The notes: generated by a model not told the origin, from the sequence alone. Shown: positions 1-10,148, counted from the first letter of the stretch. The stretch is DNA of 42,621 nt from Oscillospiraceae bacterium (GCA_015064135.1 SVSU01000003.1:1-42621); one strand, 5' to 3'. Numbers and translations are program-made.

Positions 1-2610
1 CAGTTTGGGGTCACGGTAGGAGTAGAATACAGCGGCACCCAGATCGTTTGAGAAGCCGCATCCGCAGCCGTAAGCGCCCCCCTTCACTCGAATCTGCTGA
101 TAGAGATAATCGATGTTTACGGCGGTTCTGACAACCTGCAGTGCACCTGTGTAGGGGAGACCTGCCTCGGCGAAGCTGCCTGCTCTTGCGGCGTACTGCA
201 CCTGGGATGCTATCATAATGCCCTCGTTCTTCTTTACGGGGACTATGGGCTTGTATTCTCCGAGGGAGCCGTGGTCGATGGTGTCAAGCTCTGCGGCAAA
301 AACAGGGAGAGTTTCCGTGAAAGCGCGGTATCCACCCTCGTCTGCGGCAATGGAGAACATCATGCGCTCCCCGGCAAAAATGTAGTTTGTGACAGCACGG
401 AGCTTTGATGCGAGGTCAGCCGCGTACTTGTCAAAATTGTCTGTAAGGTCGGTGAGGAAGCGGTAGTAGTCAATGCCGTCGATGCGCTCAAGGTAAGCAT
501 CCGCAGCCGAGAAGTAGGAGCGTGCGCGCTGTGTTGCCACTGCATGGCCGGAGTTGAGTATCCCGTCCTGCTTGTCCGCTTTCAGCTCGCCGATTCTTTC
601 CTTCAACCTCTTTGTGTCCTCGAATTTGGAGGTCTTGATGATCTCCGGGAGGATGTTGAGAACATACGGTACCTTGTCCCCAAGTACGCGGAAGAAAATA
701 CCGAACATGGCCTTGTAGCTGCCCTCTTTGCTCTTGAGACGGTAGGTTGCAGGATGGAAGGAGAGGGAGCCCGTGTTCATTTTTATGTCAATGTACAGGT
801 CGGCAAAGGAGCGCTTCGCTGTGTCCAGTTTTCCGAGAAGAGAACCGAGAATTCCCACATAGGGCAGATATTCTTCGGGGATGCTTCCGATATCAAACAG
901 CAGCGCGCCGTAGGTGATGCCGTTTGTTTCGATATCGTGGTAAAGACCCTTGATACCGCCTATCTCACGTTCTTCATTTGAGAAGGGCTGTGTTGTTCTG
1001 GGTATATCCTCTCTCTCAAGGGTGGGGATGCAGTTTGTTTCCTCCTCCGTTGGCTCCATACTCTGATACTCCCTGAGGTGGGCGGTGTCGGCAGCAATGG
1101 CGCTGATCTCCTCCGGGGAGAGGGAAGCCTTGTATGACGCCAGTTTTTTTGCCAATTCTTCGTTTTGCTTTTCCACCAGTCCGCGCTCGGCTTCAAGGAG
1201 AACGAGAACACTGTGGTCGGAGTCAAGGAATTGGGTTTTGATGAGATTTTCGTAATATCCCGTGCCGATTTTCGCTTTCAGGTCGGCGAAAACATCGAGA
1301 ATGTGCAGATAGGAGAAGGCGGCACTGTCGTCGTAAAGCCAGCTGAGAAGCATATTTGTGGCATAGTCAAGCCCACGGGGAAAACTGCCGTAGTCCGCTT
1401 CACGGAAAGCAAATTCACGGCGGTTCAGCGCGGCAAGGAGCGCCTTTTCGCTGATACCGTTTGTCACCTGCTCCGCAAGCACTTCACGGACGATGGTGTG
1501 GAATCGGTCAAGGTCCTCGCTTGCGGCTTCCTTTGCGGTGACGTAAAAGGCGTTTTCCAGCATATGTGTTTCATATCCGCCGCCGATATCACTGCCGATC
1601 CCTGCGTCAAAGAGAGCCTGCTTGATGGGGGCACCCTCGGAATAGATGAGCACCTCGCTGAGGATATCCCATGCGGTTGCCTCGGTGACGTTCAGCGCGG
1701 AATTGCACAGTGCGCCGTATGCCAGGTAAGATTTTCCGTCCACCTCGTCCGTTGAGGAAACGGAGTATTTTTCCTTGATCCTGCGAGGCTCCGATTCACC
1801 GAATCGAACGACGGGGGAAATCTCGGTGTGGGGGTCGATGGCATCAAAGGCTGAGAGATAATTCTCATCCATGAAACGAAGTCTTTCGTCCATGTCGCAG
1901 TCACCGTAGATGAAGATGTAGCTGTTGGAGGGGTGATAGTGGCTTCGGTGGAAGTCGAGGAATTGTTCGTATGAAAGCTCGGGAATGGCGGCAGGGTCTC
2001 CTCCCGAATTTTTGCCGTAGGGGGAGTCGGGGAACAGGCCCTTCATCATGGTGTCATTGAGGAAGGCGGCAGGCGCGGAAACGGCTCCCTTCATTTCGTT
2101 GTACACGACACCGTTGATGGTCAGCTCATCCTCGGGGGATTCCAGTTCGTAGTGCCAGCCCTCCTGCATAAAGATCTCGGGACGACTGTAAATGTTTGGA
2201 TAGAATACAGCATCCAGGTAAACGTGCATGAGATTTTTGAAATCCTTGTCGTTGCAGGACGCCACGGGGTAGAGTGTCTTGTCAATATAGGTCATGGCGT
2301 TGAGAAAGGTGTTGAGGGAGCCCTTCACAAGCTGCATGAAAGGGTCACGGGAGGGGAAATTTTTTGAGCCGTTGAGAACGGAGTGTTCGATAATGTGGGG
2401 CACACCTGTGTCGTTACCAACGGGGGTGCGGAATGCGGCACAGAACATCTTGTTCTCATCATTGTTGGAGAGCACGCACACTCTCGCTCCCGATTTTTTG
2501 TGGCGGAGGATGATGCCTGCGGTTTTGATGTCGTCCAGATATTCCTCGTACTCAAGAGCGTATGCGGAATTGGGCGCGAGGTCAGCGTAGGTTTTTATAT
2601 TAACAGCCAT
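1..2610 (-). CDS. Insulinase-family (M16C, PreP-like) zinc metallopeptidase, 3' end outside the window
   Basis: Not in the ORF track because it is open at the edge. Manual translation from the ATG at 2610 (RBS GAAAGGA) gives MAVNIKTYADL...FRTPVGNDTGVPHIIEHSVLNGSKNFPSRDPFMQLVKGSLNTFLNAMTY..., which has the inverted HxxEH zinc motif and the SLNTFLNAMTY PreP signature. Confidence 0.95.
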   Translation of the reverse strand, partial: MAVNIKTYADLAPNSAYALEYEEYLDDIKTAGIILRHKKSGARVCVLSNNDENKMFCAAFRTPVGNDTGVPHIIEHSVLNGSKNFPSRDPFMQLVKGSLNTFLNAMTYIDKTLYPVASCNDKDFKNLMHVYLDAVFYPNIYSRPEIFMQEGWHYELESPEDELTINGVVYNEMKGAVSAPAAFLNDTMMKGLFPDSPYGKNSGGDPAAIPELSYEQFLDFHRSHYHPSNSYIFIYGDCDMDERLRFMDENYLSAFDAIDPHTEISPVVRFGESEPRRIKEKYSVSSTDEVDGKSYLAYGALCNSALNVTEATAWDILSEVLIYSEGAPIKQALFDAGIGSDIGGGYETHMLENAFYVTAKEAASEDLDRFHTIVREVLAEQVTNGISEKALLAALNRREFAFREADYGSFPRGLDYATNMLLSWLYDDSAAFSYLHILDVFADLKAKIGTGYYENLIKTQFLDSDHSVLVLLEAERGLVEKQNEELAKKLASYKASLSPEEISAIAADTAHLREYQSMEPTEEETNCIPTLEREDIPRTTQPFSNEEREIGGIKGLYHDIETNGITYGALLFDIGSIPEEYLPYVGILGSLLGKLDTAKRSFADLYIDIKMNTGSLSFHPATYRLKSKEGSYKAMFGIFFRVLGDKVPYVLNILPEIIKTSKFEDTKRLKERIGELKADKQDGILNSGHAVATQRARSYFSAADAYLERIDGIDYYRFLTDLTDNFDKYAADLASKLRAVTNYIFAGERMMFSIAADEGGYRAFTETLPVFAAELDTIDHGSLGEYKPIVPVKKNEGIMIASQVQYAARAGSFAEAGLPYTGALQVVRTAVNIDYLYQQIRVKGGAYGCGCGFSNDLGAAVFYSYRDPKL

Positions 2611-2646
2611 TGTTGTATCCTTTCGTGTGGTGGTTGTTCTTTAATT

Positions 2647-2675
2647 ATTATACCAGTTTCGGACTGATTTGGCAA
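2647..2675 (-). promoter_or_regulatory. Sigma-A promoter for the M16C peptidase
   Basis: Minus strand TTGCCA-17 bp-TATAAT with an extended -10 TG. Confidence 0.7.
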
Positions 2676-2724
2676 GCGGAAAGCGCAATTCTGCTCCGTG
2701 CACTGCAATTTTTCCCCGAATCTC

Positions 2725-2784
2725 TTGACAAAAAACAAAAAATATGGTAAATTATATCGCAGACACTTTATGCAAGCGTTTGCA
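2725..2784 (+). promoter_or_regulatory. Sigma-A promoter plus LacI/CcpA-type operator for the EamA gene
   Basis: TTGACA(2725)-17 bp-TAAATT, followed by the CG-centred near-palindrome TGCAAGCGTTTGCA (2771-2784), which fits the cre/LacI-family consensus. Confidence 0.6.
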
Positions 2785-2812
2785 CAATTCTATGAACGGA
2801 GTGAAAAAATCC

Positions 2813-3724
2813 ATGATGAATGTAGCCTTGCTGATAGTGTCGATTCTCATGAATCTGGTAGCAAGCAGCATATTAAAAAATGACTTCTGCAAAAAAGAAG
2901 TAAAGAATAACGGAGACCTGTATGCGTTCAATGCGCTGACCAGCGTGCTTTCGGTGGTAACACTTGGCATTATGGCAGTGGTAATGGGCAGCCTTACTTC
3001 CGTTTCCATGTATACCGTACTTCTCGGTATCCTTTTTGGTATTGTCACAGCACTGGCGGCAATTTTCAATATGAAAGCCCTTGAGTGCGGCCCCATGTCC
3101 TATACATCGGTGATCATCTCATGCTCACTTGTGATCCCGTCCTTCTCGGGGCTGGTGCTTTACGGTGAGCCCATCGCTCCGCTGCAGTATATCGGAGTTG
3201 TGTGTATGCTTGCTTCCTTCGTTTGCGCTATGGATAAGAAGAACGACAAGGCAGGGGTTTCCGTGAAGTGGTTCCTCTACTGTATGGTATCTTTCCTTTT
3301 CAACGGAAGTATTGGTGTTATGCAGAAGATCCATCAGAACTCTTCACACAAGGATGAGCTTTCCGTGTTCCTTCTTATGGCATTCCTTGTTTCAACGGTG
3401 TTCTCCGCAATTATGATTCCCGTTTCTCTCCGTTCCCGAAAGGGCGGAGCAGAGAGCAGACTGACTGTAACCGCAAAGGAAAAGGTGAAGAAATACCTTG
3501 TGGTGGGCATCATCTGCGGTGTGTTCATCGCCTTCTGCAACCAGATCAATATGTACCTCTCCGGTGAGATGGACTCCGTAGTTTTCTTCCCCGTGGTAAA
3601 CGGCGCGTATATGATTCTGACCGCCATTGTGGGAGTGCTGTTCCTGAAGGAGCGCTTCTCCGTAAAGCAGTGGATCGGTCTGGTCCTCGGCACTGCGGCG
3701 ATTTTTCTCCTTTGTATGGCATAA
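2813..3724 (+). CDS. EamA/DMT-family membrane transporter
   Basis: About 10 hydrophobic segments in two repeats, with GPMSYTSVI, YGEPI and LFLKERFSVKQWIG motifs. Start moved to ATG 2813, after the GGAGTG RBS. Confidence 0.85.
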   Translation: MMNVALLIVSILMNLVASSILKNDFCKKEVKNNGDLYAFNALTSVLSVVTLGIMAVVMGSLTSVSMYTVLLGILFGIVTALAAIFNMKALECGPMSYTSVIISCSLVIPSFSGLVLYGEPIAPLQYIGVVCMLASFVCAMDKKNDKAGVSVKWFLYCMVSFLFNGSIGVMQKIHQNSSHKDELSVFLLMAFLVSTVFSAIMIPVSLRSRKGGAESRLTVTAKEKVKKYLVVGIICGVFIAFCNQINMYLSGEMDSVVFFPVVNGAYMILTAIVGVLFLKERFSVKQWIGLVLGTAAIFLLCMA

Positions 3725-3734
3725 TCGAATACAT

Positions 3735-3782
3735 AAAAAAGGACTGTGTGCGGTCGTCTGACCCATACAGTCCGTATTTTTG
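3735..3782. terminator. Bidirectional intrinsic terminator
   Basis: A-tract, GGACTGTGTG...CATACAGTCC stem and T-tract, between convergent genes. Confidence 0.7.
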
Positions 3783-3795
3783 TTCTGAGTTTCAA

Positions 3796-4458
3796 TTATG
3801 GGTTGATCCAGAGAAGCATGGGGGCGGTGTCCATGTACTTCCCGAGGTCGTCAATGGTGAGTTTGCCGTCTGCAAGAACATAGAGCTTGATCGCCGCGCT
3901 GCCTTTCTTGCCCATTTTTGAGTCCTCGGCAGAGATGGCAAAGGATACAGAATCGCTCTTCAGCGCAAGGGAATAACGATCCTCAAAGAAGGCGGTCAGC
4001 TCGTTTACGAGGGTGAATTCCGTATCGGGGGTGACTCCGAGACCCTTCACGCTGAACTTGCCGTTTCGGTTCGCCTTGAGGAGAATGTCAAACTTACCCG
4101 TTGCATCGAAGGAAACGGCGATACCGTCTGCCTTTTCCTTTACACGGATGAATTCCGCAACAGGCTTGCCGCAGATGCCGTCGATCTTCTCATCGGTTGC
4201 AGACAGGTCAACGATTTCCGCACCGCCGAGAAGTGCGGTTTCCAGCTTGTTGAGATACTTGGGGAACATACGCCATCTGACGCCGCCCTCTCTGCACTCG
4301 TCTGCGATTCGGGCGATGGATTCCTCGCCCTCGGAGACGATTTTTGCGAAAACCTCGTTCTTTTCAAGATAAAAAACACCGATGTGCTTGAATTTGTCGT
4401 AGTTCTGGTCGATGGTGCGCTTGATGGAGATGATGTTTCTTTCCGTTCTCTGTGCCAT
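3796..4458 (-). CDS. Hypothetical protein (220 aa)
   Basis: Long ORF with a GAAAGG RBS, an upstream TATAAT and native-looking codon usage. No family recognised. Confidence 0.75.
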   Translation of the reverse strand: MAQRTERNIISIKRTIDQNYDKFKHIGVFYLEKNEVFAKIVSEGEESIARIADECREGGVRWRMFPKYLNKLETALLGGAEIVDLSATDEKIDGICGKPVAEFIRVKEKADGIAVSFDATGKFDILLKANRNGKFSVKGLGVTPDTEFTLVNELTAFFEDRYSLALKSDSVSFAISAEDSKMGKKGSAAIKLYVLADGKLTIDDLGKYMDTAPMLLWINP

Positions 4459-4563
4459 TTTATGTCAATGCCTTTCTTTCGATATTTTATCAGTATAATT
4501 ATATCAGAAAACCCGTCGCTTTACAAGGGGGATGAGGGAATTTATGGCGGAGAAAAAAAGCGA

Positions 4564-4611
4564 GGGACACTTTTTGAAAAAAGTATCCCCCGCGCCCCCA
4601 TCAAAAACATT
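4564..4611. repeat. Short palindromic intergenic element (REP/MITE-like), copy A
   Basis: GGGACACTTTTTGAAAAAAGTATCCCC-n-CCCCCATCAAAAACATT; same layout as 25280-25332. Confidence 0.5.
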
Positions 4612-4614
4612 TCG

Positions 4615-4661
4615 TAAAAAAGGAGCCTCGGCAACAGCTTTTTTGCGCCGAAACTCCTTTT
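4615..4661 (-). terminator. Intrinsic terminator of the transketolase operon
   Basis: AAAAAAGGAG..TCGGC...GCCGA..CTCCTTTT hairpin just past the stop at 4684. Confidence 0.6.
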
Positions 4662-4683
4662 GGTTTGTTATATTACACGCGAA

Positions 4684-5625
4684 TTACTTCTTCAGTGCAA
4701 CGGCAGCCTTTGCCTTTTCAGCAATGGAAGCCGCGTCCAGGTGGAAGTATGTTACAAGCTCCTTTGCGGGGCCGCTTCTGCCGAATTCGTCGTTCACGCC
4801 TACGCGGAGCATGGGTGTGGGGCACTTTTCAGCCAGAACTTCCGCAACAGCAGAGCCCAGACCGCCGATGATGGAGTGCTCTTCACAGGTAACAACAGCG
4901 CCGCAGGCCTTTGCTTCCGCAATGATGATCTCCTCGTCCAGGGGCTTGATGGTTGCCATGTTGATAACGGAAGCGGAGATTCCCTCAGCCGCCAGCAGCT
5001 CGCGAGCCGCCAGTGCCTGCTCAACCTCGATACCTGTTGCGATGAGGGCAACATCGGTGCCTTCCGCCAGCTTCACGCCCTTGCCGATCTCGAACTTGTA
5101 GTCGTCGCCGAAGATGGTGGGAACAGCCATTCTGCCGAAACGGAGGTAAACGGGGCCGTTGTGCTCGATTGCAGCCTTAACAGCCAGTCTTGCCTCGGTT
5201 GCATCTGCAGGATTCAGGATAACCATGCCGGGGATGGTACGCATGAGAGCGATGTCCTCGTTGCACTGGTGAGTTGCGCCGTCCTCACCAACGGTGATAC
5301 CTGCGTGAGTTGCGCCGATCTTTACATTGTTGTGGGGGTAGCCGATTGCATTACGAACCTGCTCAAAGCTTCTGCCTGCCGCGAACATGGCGAAGGAGGA
5401 AGCGAAGGGGATCTTTCCGCAAAGGGACATACCGACAGCCGCACCGATCATGTTGTTTTCGGCAATTCCGCAGTCGAAGAAACGGTCAGGGAATGCCTTC
5501 TTGAATGTGCCTGTCTTGGTTGCTGCGGCAAGGTCAGCATCAAGAACCACAAGATTATCATATTCAGCGCCGAATTCCGCGAGAGCCTTGCCGTATGCCT
5601 CACGGGTAGCGATTTTTTCTGCCAT
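4684..5625 (-). CDS. Transketolase, C-terminal subunit
   Basis: DRFFDCGIAENNM, GEDGATHQ and EEHSIIGGLGSAV motifs. Confidence 0.95.
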   Translation of the reverse strand: MAEKIATREAYGKALAEFGAEYDNLVVLDADLAAATKTGTFKKAFPDRFFDCGIAENNMIGAAVGMSLCGKIPFASSFAMFAAGRSFEQVRNAIGYPHNNVKIGATHAGITVGEDGATHQCNEDIALMRTIPGMVILNPADATEARLAVKAAIEHNGPVYLRFGRMAVPTIFGDDYKFEIGKGVKLAEGTDVALIATGIEVEQALAARELLAAEGISASVINMATIKPLDEEIIIAEAKACGAVVTCEEHSIIGGLGSAVAEVLAEKCPTPMLRVGVNDEFGRSGPAKELVTYFHLDAASIAEKAKAAVALKK

Positions 5626-5657
5626 ATCTATTTATTCCTTTCCACTCATCGGCTCAA

Positions 5658-6482
5658 TTAAAGAGCGCCGAGATCCTTCATAGCAATTTCATACTGTTCC
5701 GCGTTGGGAGCCGCACCGTGCCATGCAACGTTGTTTTCCATGTAGGAAACGCCTTTGCCCTTGGTGCTGTGGGAGATGATGACGGTGGGCTTGTCAGCGC
5801 ACGCCTTTGCAGCGGCATAAGCCTTTTCGATGGAATCGAAATCGTGTGCATCACATTCAACCACGTTCCAGCCGAATGCTTCAAACTTCTTGTCGTAGGG
5901 AGTGGGGTTCATAACGTCTGTGATGGCACCGTCGATCTGGAGACCGTTGAAGTCAACAAGCCAGCAGAGGTTGGAGAGCTTGTAGTGAGCCGCGAACATT
6001 GCAGCTTCCCAAACTTCGCCTTCCTGTGTTTCGCCGTCGCCCAGGATGGCATATACACGGTAGGGAGCGTTGTCGATCTTGCCTGCCAGCGCCATGCCGC
6101 AGGAAACGGATGTGCCCTGACCGAGAGAACCGGAGGACATATCAACGCCGGGGGTGTGCTTCATGTCGGGGTGACCCTGAAGATAGCTGTCCGTCTTACG
6201 GAAGGTCTTGAGATCCTCCACGGGAATGAAGCCTCTCTGAGCCAGTGCGGAATAGAGACCGGGAGCGCAGTGACCCTTGGAGAGCACCAGTCTGTCGCGG
6301 TTCTCCATTTTGGGGTTTGCCGGGTCAACATTCATTTCTTCAAAATACAGATATGCCAGTACATCTGCAATAGACAGACTTCCTCCGGGATGTCCGCTGT
6401 TTGCGGAGTATACGGCATCGATAATTCCAATACGGATCTGGCGCGCAATTTCGCAAAGCTCGCCTTTTCTCTGTGCGTCCAT
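5658..6482 (-). CDS. Transketolase, N-terminal subunit
   Basis: SGHPGGSLS, RDRLVLSKGH, LQGHP and the TPP-binding GDGETQEG motif. Confidence 0.95.
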   Translation of the reverse strand: MDAQRKGELCEIARQIRIGIIDAVYSANSGHPGGSLSIADVLAYLYFEEMNVDPANPKMENRDRLVLSKGHCAPGLYSALAQRGFIPVEDLKTFRKTDSYLQGHPDMKHTPGVDMSSGSLGQGTSVSCGMALAGKIDNAPYRVYAILGDGETQEGEVWEAAMFAAHYKLSNLCWLVDFNGLQIDGAITDVMNPTPYDKKFEAFGWNVVECDAHDFDSIEKAYAAAKACADKPTVIISHSTKGKGVSYMENNVAWHGAAPNAEQYEIAMKDLGAL

Positions 6483-6632
6483 AGTAAGACCGCCTTTCTT
6501 TAAATAATCAATATATATTGTAAACTATTTCTTGTTTTTTGTCAATCTTTCTGCGAGAAATTCCCATGAGAATTCGGGGAAAAAACCATCATTTGCGTTT
6601 TCAAGGCTAAAAACACGTTTTACTCCAACAAG

Positions 6633-7163
6633 CTATTGCTGTGTTTGTCTCCCTCGGTATTCCAGACGAAGAATTTCCGCCATCTCTTCCGGTGTCTCCG
6701 CACATCCCCCCTCAAGCCAGAGACGCACGATGGCGTTGACACCACATCGGAAGAACTCTCTGTGATATTTAAGATGCTCCTTGCCGAATTCCTCCTCGGC
6801 ACGGGGGAGGCTGTAAAGCAGGAGACGGTGTCCGCCGTCGGTGCTCAGCTTGAAATAGGTTTGGTAGAAGCTTTGGTTTTCTCTGATATGGGTGAACAGA
6901 CGCAGGGCACTGTCCGTGTCTCCGGTGGGGTCAAAATCCGAAAACAATTCCGCGAATTTGGCCTCTAACTTGAGCCGCAGTTTGTCGGCGAGATCGTATA
7001 TATCCACGAAATTGGCGTAAAATGTGCTTCGGTTCAGCCCACATCCCTGGCAGATGTCCGCGACGGAGATCTCCTTCAGCGGTTTTTCCTGAAGAAGTTC
7101 GATGAAAGTCTTTTCGATTTTCCTGACGGAGTCGCGCCGTCTTTTGTTGTTTGGTGTGTTCAT
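6633..7163 (-). CDS. TetR/AcrR-family transcriptional regulator
   Basis: N-terminal HTH ISVADICQGCGLNRSTFYANF; C-terminal WLEGGCAETPEEMA. Start taken at MNTPNNK. Confidence 0.9.
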   Translation of the reverse strand: MNTPNNKRRRDSVRKIEKTFIELLQEKPLKEISVADICQGCGLNRSTFYANFVDIYDLADKLRLKLEAKFAELFSDFDPTGDTDSALRLFTHIRENQSFYQTYFKLSTDGGHRLLLYSLPRAEEEFGKEHLKYHREFFRCGVNAIVRLWLEGGCAETPEEMAEILRLEYRGRQTQQ

Positions 7164-7367
7164 TTTATTATCCCGATATGTGTTGGATTGACGTTTTGGT
7201 GTTATTATACCACACAAACGAAGGAAAAACAAGTGTTGGGTTAATGGGATTTGTTGGGGAGAAAATCAATGATGACGGAAATATTGAGAGCAGTGGAAGT
7301 GAGGTGCTGTAAATACAAGGCTCGGAATGCGTATTCGGGGTGGTAATCCGCTTCTGAAAAGGTAAAA

Positions 7368-8801
7368 TTATTTCACGATGTAGTCTTTTTTTGCTCCGTG
7401 TGAGCCGAAGATTTTCCATTCCCCCACCCCAAGCCTTTGCAGGATCGCCGTTCTTTCTTCACCGCACAGCTTTGGGTCGGTATCAACAGAGATCATGAGG
7501 ATGGGGGCGTACTGATTGTACTCAGCCTGTTCTGCGGTCAGCCCGTGGAGGTTGATGTAGATATCTCCCGTGAAAGCGAGCTTGTGGGTGTAATCAATGA
7601 GAACGATCTCACCTGCCAGATGTCCGCCCTTTCCCTCATATACTTCAAAATGAAGATCCTCAAAATCGAAGAATCCTATTTGCGAAAGGGGCTCGCGGGG
7701 AGATTCAATATCCTGCCATGGCGTGATCAGCTTATCGGGCAGGGGAGGGCGATACGCTGTGAGTATCTTGCAAATATTGATGTACGGCTTGTGGATGGGA
7801 TTCTGCTCTCTGAAGCCGTCCTTTCCTTCATGTTCGCGTATCAGACAGTCGGCGGTTTTCTTGCTCGCAATGATCTCGTCAAACAGATCAAGCAGTCCGC
7901 AGTGATCTACATCGGCATGGGTCACAAGAATACTTTTCGGAATATGATCGAACTCGGGTACAGCGGTGCGCAGCAGGTTGAGCATTTCCGTTTTGTAGCA
8001 GGCATAACCGCTGTCGATGACGAGAAGCTTTCTGCTGCTTTTGAGGATGGCGGTGTTGCTTCCGCAGGGCGGCTCAATGAGAATAAGCTCAGTTTTTTCG
8101 GAGATTTGATGTGTGCTGAGCCTGGGAACGAAGCCGTCTCCCACGGATTTTGCCAGCAGCTCCGCGAATTTGCTGATGCTGTCAAAGGTTCGATAGGGAG
8201 ACAGCCCTTGTTCATCCAGCGTCTGCATGGCAAGATTGGATGAAACGAGCAGCCTCTGCTTTTGCTCGTCGGAAAGCTCCAGCATTTGCGAAATACCTCT
8301 GACGAAGGCGTGATAAAAGATGCTGTTGTCATATGCTCTCCCGGAGCTGTTGTAGTCAATGACCCTTACTCGGCAGATTTTTTCAGCCTGTGCAATGAAT
8401 TCGGTGATTTTTTCGGGACACTCCACATAAAGCCCCATCTTAAAGTGTTGGAAATCCGTGCCGTTTTCCTGGGAGTTTATATATGAGATATTGAAACTGA
8501 ATTCGTTTATGAGCTCCAGAATGTGGGTAACGCTTCCCGGAATATCTCTGAGATGGAATTCCAGCAAAACGACGCCGGAGTTGCTGCTGTTGTTCTGAAG
8601 ATAGCCTAACTTTTCAAGCTCAGCATCTGCCTCTCGAAGTTGTTCTTCGGTCCCCTCAACATCCAAAAACAGCATATGTGAATCCACAGCCTTGTCATAA
8701 CTGACACGGGTGATGTTTATGCCGAGAGTTGAAAAGCACTTGCTTGCTTTCAGAAAGGCGCCTATATGATTGGGCATAGATGTTGCATATGTTTTTTTCA
8801 T
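7368..8801 (-). CDS. Tandem ACT domains fused to a metallo-beta-lactamase-fold hydrolase
   Basis: Two ACT-like starts (MPNHIGAFLKA...GINI; RDIPGSVTHI...FNI) and MBL motifs THADVDHCG, GGH, TGD and a terminal H. Confidence 0.85.
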   Translation of the reverse strand: MKKTYATSMPNHIGAFLKASKCFSTLGINITRVSYDKAVDSHMLFLDVEGTEEQLREADAELEKLGYLQNNSSNSGVVLLEFHLRDIPGSVTHILELINEFSFNISYINSQENGTDFQHFKMGLYVECPEKITEFIAQAEKICRVRVIDYNSSGRAYDNSIFYHAFVRGISQMLELSDEQKQRLLVSSNLAMQTLDEQGLSPYRTFDSISKFAELLAKSVGDGFVPRLSTHQISEKTELILIEPPCGSNTAILKSSRKLLVIDSGYACYKTEMLNLLRTAVPEFDHIPKSILVTHADVDHCGLLDLFDEIIASKKTADCLIREHEGKDGFREQNPIHKPYINICKILTAYRPPLPDKLITPWQDIESPREPLSQIGFFDFEDLHFEVYEGKGGHLAGEIVLIDYTHKLAFTGDIYINLHGLTAEQAEYNQYAPILMISVDTDPKLCGEERTAILQRLGVGEWKIFGSHGAKKDYIVK

Positions 8802-8825
8802 TTTTTCACTTTTTTCTTTTTTAAA

Positions 8826-8912
8826 ATCGATTCTTTGTATGGCACATCCGGTACACAGCATATTGCAGCTGCGACGATTTGTGCAGCGGTTCTATGAATT
8901 GATATGATGAAA
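8826..8912 (-). pseudogene. Possible decayed C-terminal 4Fe-4S ferredoxin motif
   Basis: Translates as FHHINS*NRCTNRRSCNMLCTGCAIQRI. Single-base changes (TAG>CAG, CGT>TGT, CGC>GGC, ACC>CCC) would restore CxxCGxCxxxCPxxAI. Confidence 0.4.
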
Positions 8913-8920
8913 TTGAGAGA

Positions 8921-10027
8921 TCAACATATAAACATGGCATCACCGAAGGAGAAAAACCTATACTCTTCCTCTACCGCTGTTTTGTATGCGTTCATGATCT
9001 TTTCCCTGCCGCAGAGTGCAGAGACCAGCATCAAAAGGGTACTCTCGGGCAGATGGAAGTTGGTGATAAGCGCGTCCACCATCTTAAATCGGTAGCCGGG
9101 GTAGATGAAGATTCCCGTATCGGTGCTGACGGGGTGAAGGATTCCATTCTCGTCCGACGCACTTTCGAGAACGCGGCAGGATGTGGTGCCTACGGCAATC
9201 ACACGGCCGCCGTTTTTCTTCCGTTCGTTGATGAGCGCGGCACTTTCTTCCGTGACACAGATGAATTCCGAGTGCATCTCGTGGTCGGCGATCTTCTCTT
9301 CCTTCACGGGACGGAATGTGCCCAGTCCCACATGGAGAAGGACGGGGGCAATGGCAACACCCTTCGCGCGGATGGCATCAAGAAGTTCGTTTGTGAAGTG
9401 GAGTCCTGCCGTGGGTGCCGCCGCCGAGCCGTTGGTTTTGGAGTAGACCGTCTGATACCGCTCCTGATTTTCCAGCTTTTCCGTGATATAGGGGGGGAGG
9501 GGCATGGTTCCGAGAAGGTTCAGTGCTTCCATGACATTTGCCGCAGATTCGGGGTTCACTTCAAATCGTACCACGCGGCATCCCCCTTCGATGACATCTT
9601 CGATGTGGCCGCGCATGACACCGTCGCCGAAATCGAGAATGTCCCCCGGTTTTGCCCGCTTTCCTGGGCCTGCCAGCGCTTCCCATACATTGTGCTCTCT
9701 CTGTTTCAGGAGAAGGAGCTCCACTGACGCTTCACTTCCTGTCTCAACGAGGGTGCCCGTCTCGCTGTCCCATCTGTGGGAGCGAGTGCCGATGATCCTT
9801 GCAGGAATCACTCGGGTGTCGTTGATGACGAGAACATCCTCGGGGTTAAGATAATCGATGATGTCGCGGAATATTTTGTGTTCAATTTCGCCGCTGTCAC
9901 GGGAAAGAAGCATGAGTCGGGACGAATCGCGGGGCTCAAGGGGAGTCTGGGCGATCCTCTCCTCCGGCAGATCATAAAAAAAGTCTTTCAATGTGAGGTT
10001 TGTTTCGGGGAGATGGTTTTTTATCAT
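8921..10027 (-). CDS. queA: S-adenosylmethionine:tRNA ribosyltransferase-isomerase
   Basis: [53 protein letters not shown] and [10 protein letters not shown] motifs. Confidence 0.98.
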   Translation of the reverse strand: MIKNHLPETNLTLKDFFYDLPEERIAQTPLEPRDSSRLMLLSRDSGEIEHKIFRDIIDYLNPEDVLVINDTRVIPARIIGTRSHRWDSETGTLVETGSEASVELLLLKQREHNVWEALAGPGKRAKPGDILDFGDGVMRGHIEDVIEGGCRVVRFEVNPESAANVMEALNLLGTMPLPPYITEKLENQERYQTVYSKTNGSAAAPTAGLHFTNELLDAIRAKGVAIAPVLLHVGLGTFRPVKEEKIADHEMHSEFICVTEESAALINERKKNGGRVIAVGTTSCRVLESASDENGILHPVSTDTGIFIYPGYRFKMVDALITNFHLPESTLLMLVSALCGREKIMNAYKTAVEEEYRFFSFGDAMFIC

Positions 10028-10066
10028 TTTTTACTCCGTTAAAGTAAGATTTATTGTGTCAGGTGA

Positions 10067-10095
10067 TTGACAAGTTGATATATATGTGTTATTAT
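10067..10095 (+). promoter_or_regulatory. Sigma-A promoter for the lysine riboswitch/dapA transcript
   Basis: TTGACA-17 bp-TATTAT with an extended -10 TG. Confidence 0.7.
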
Positions 10096-10148
10096 ATTAA
10101 CAAGCGGATTTTTCCGCTGTATCGAAGGTATTGTTCGATGCATAAAAT

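Noticed and set aside
360-2667. ORF-track calls in the first 2.7 kb
   Set aside because: They are shadows of the M16C peptidase, which the track missed because it runs off the window.
8892-8894. In-frame TAG upstream of the ACT-MBL gene as a recoding site
   Set aside because: There is no start codon or RBS upstream, and the motif carries other inactivating changes; decay is the simpler explanation.
10028-10148. preQ1 riboswitch upstream of queA
   Set aside because: No AGAGGTTCTAG/CCC...AAAAAACTA-type consensus found on the minus strand.
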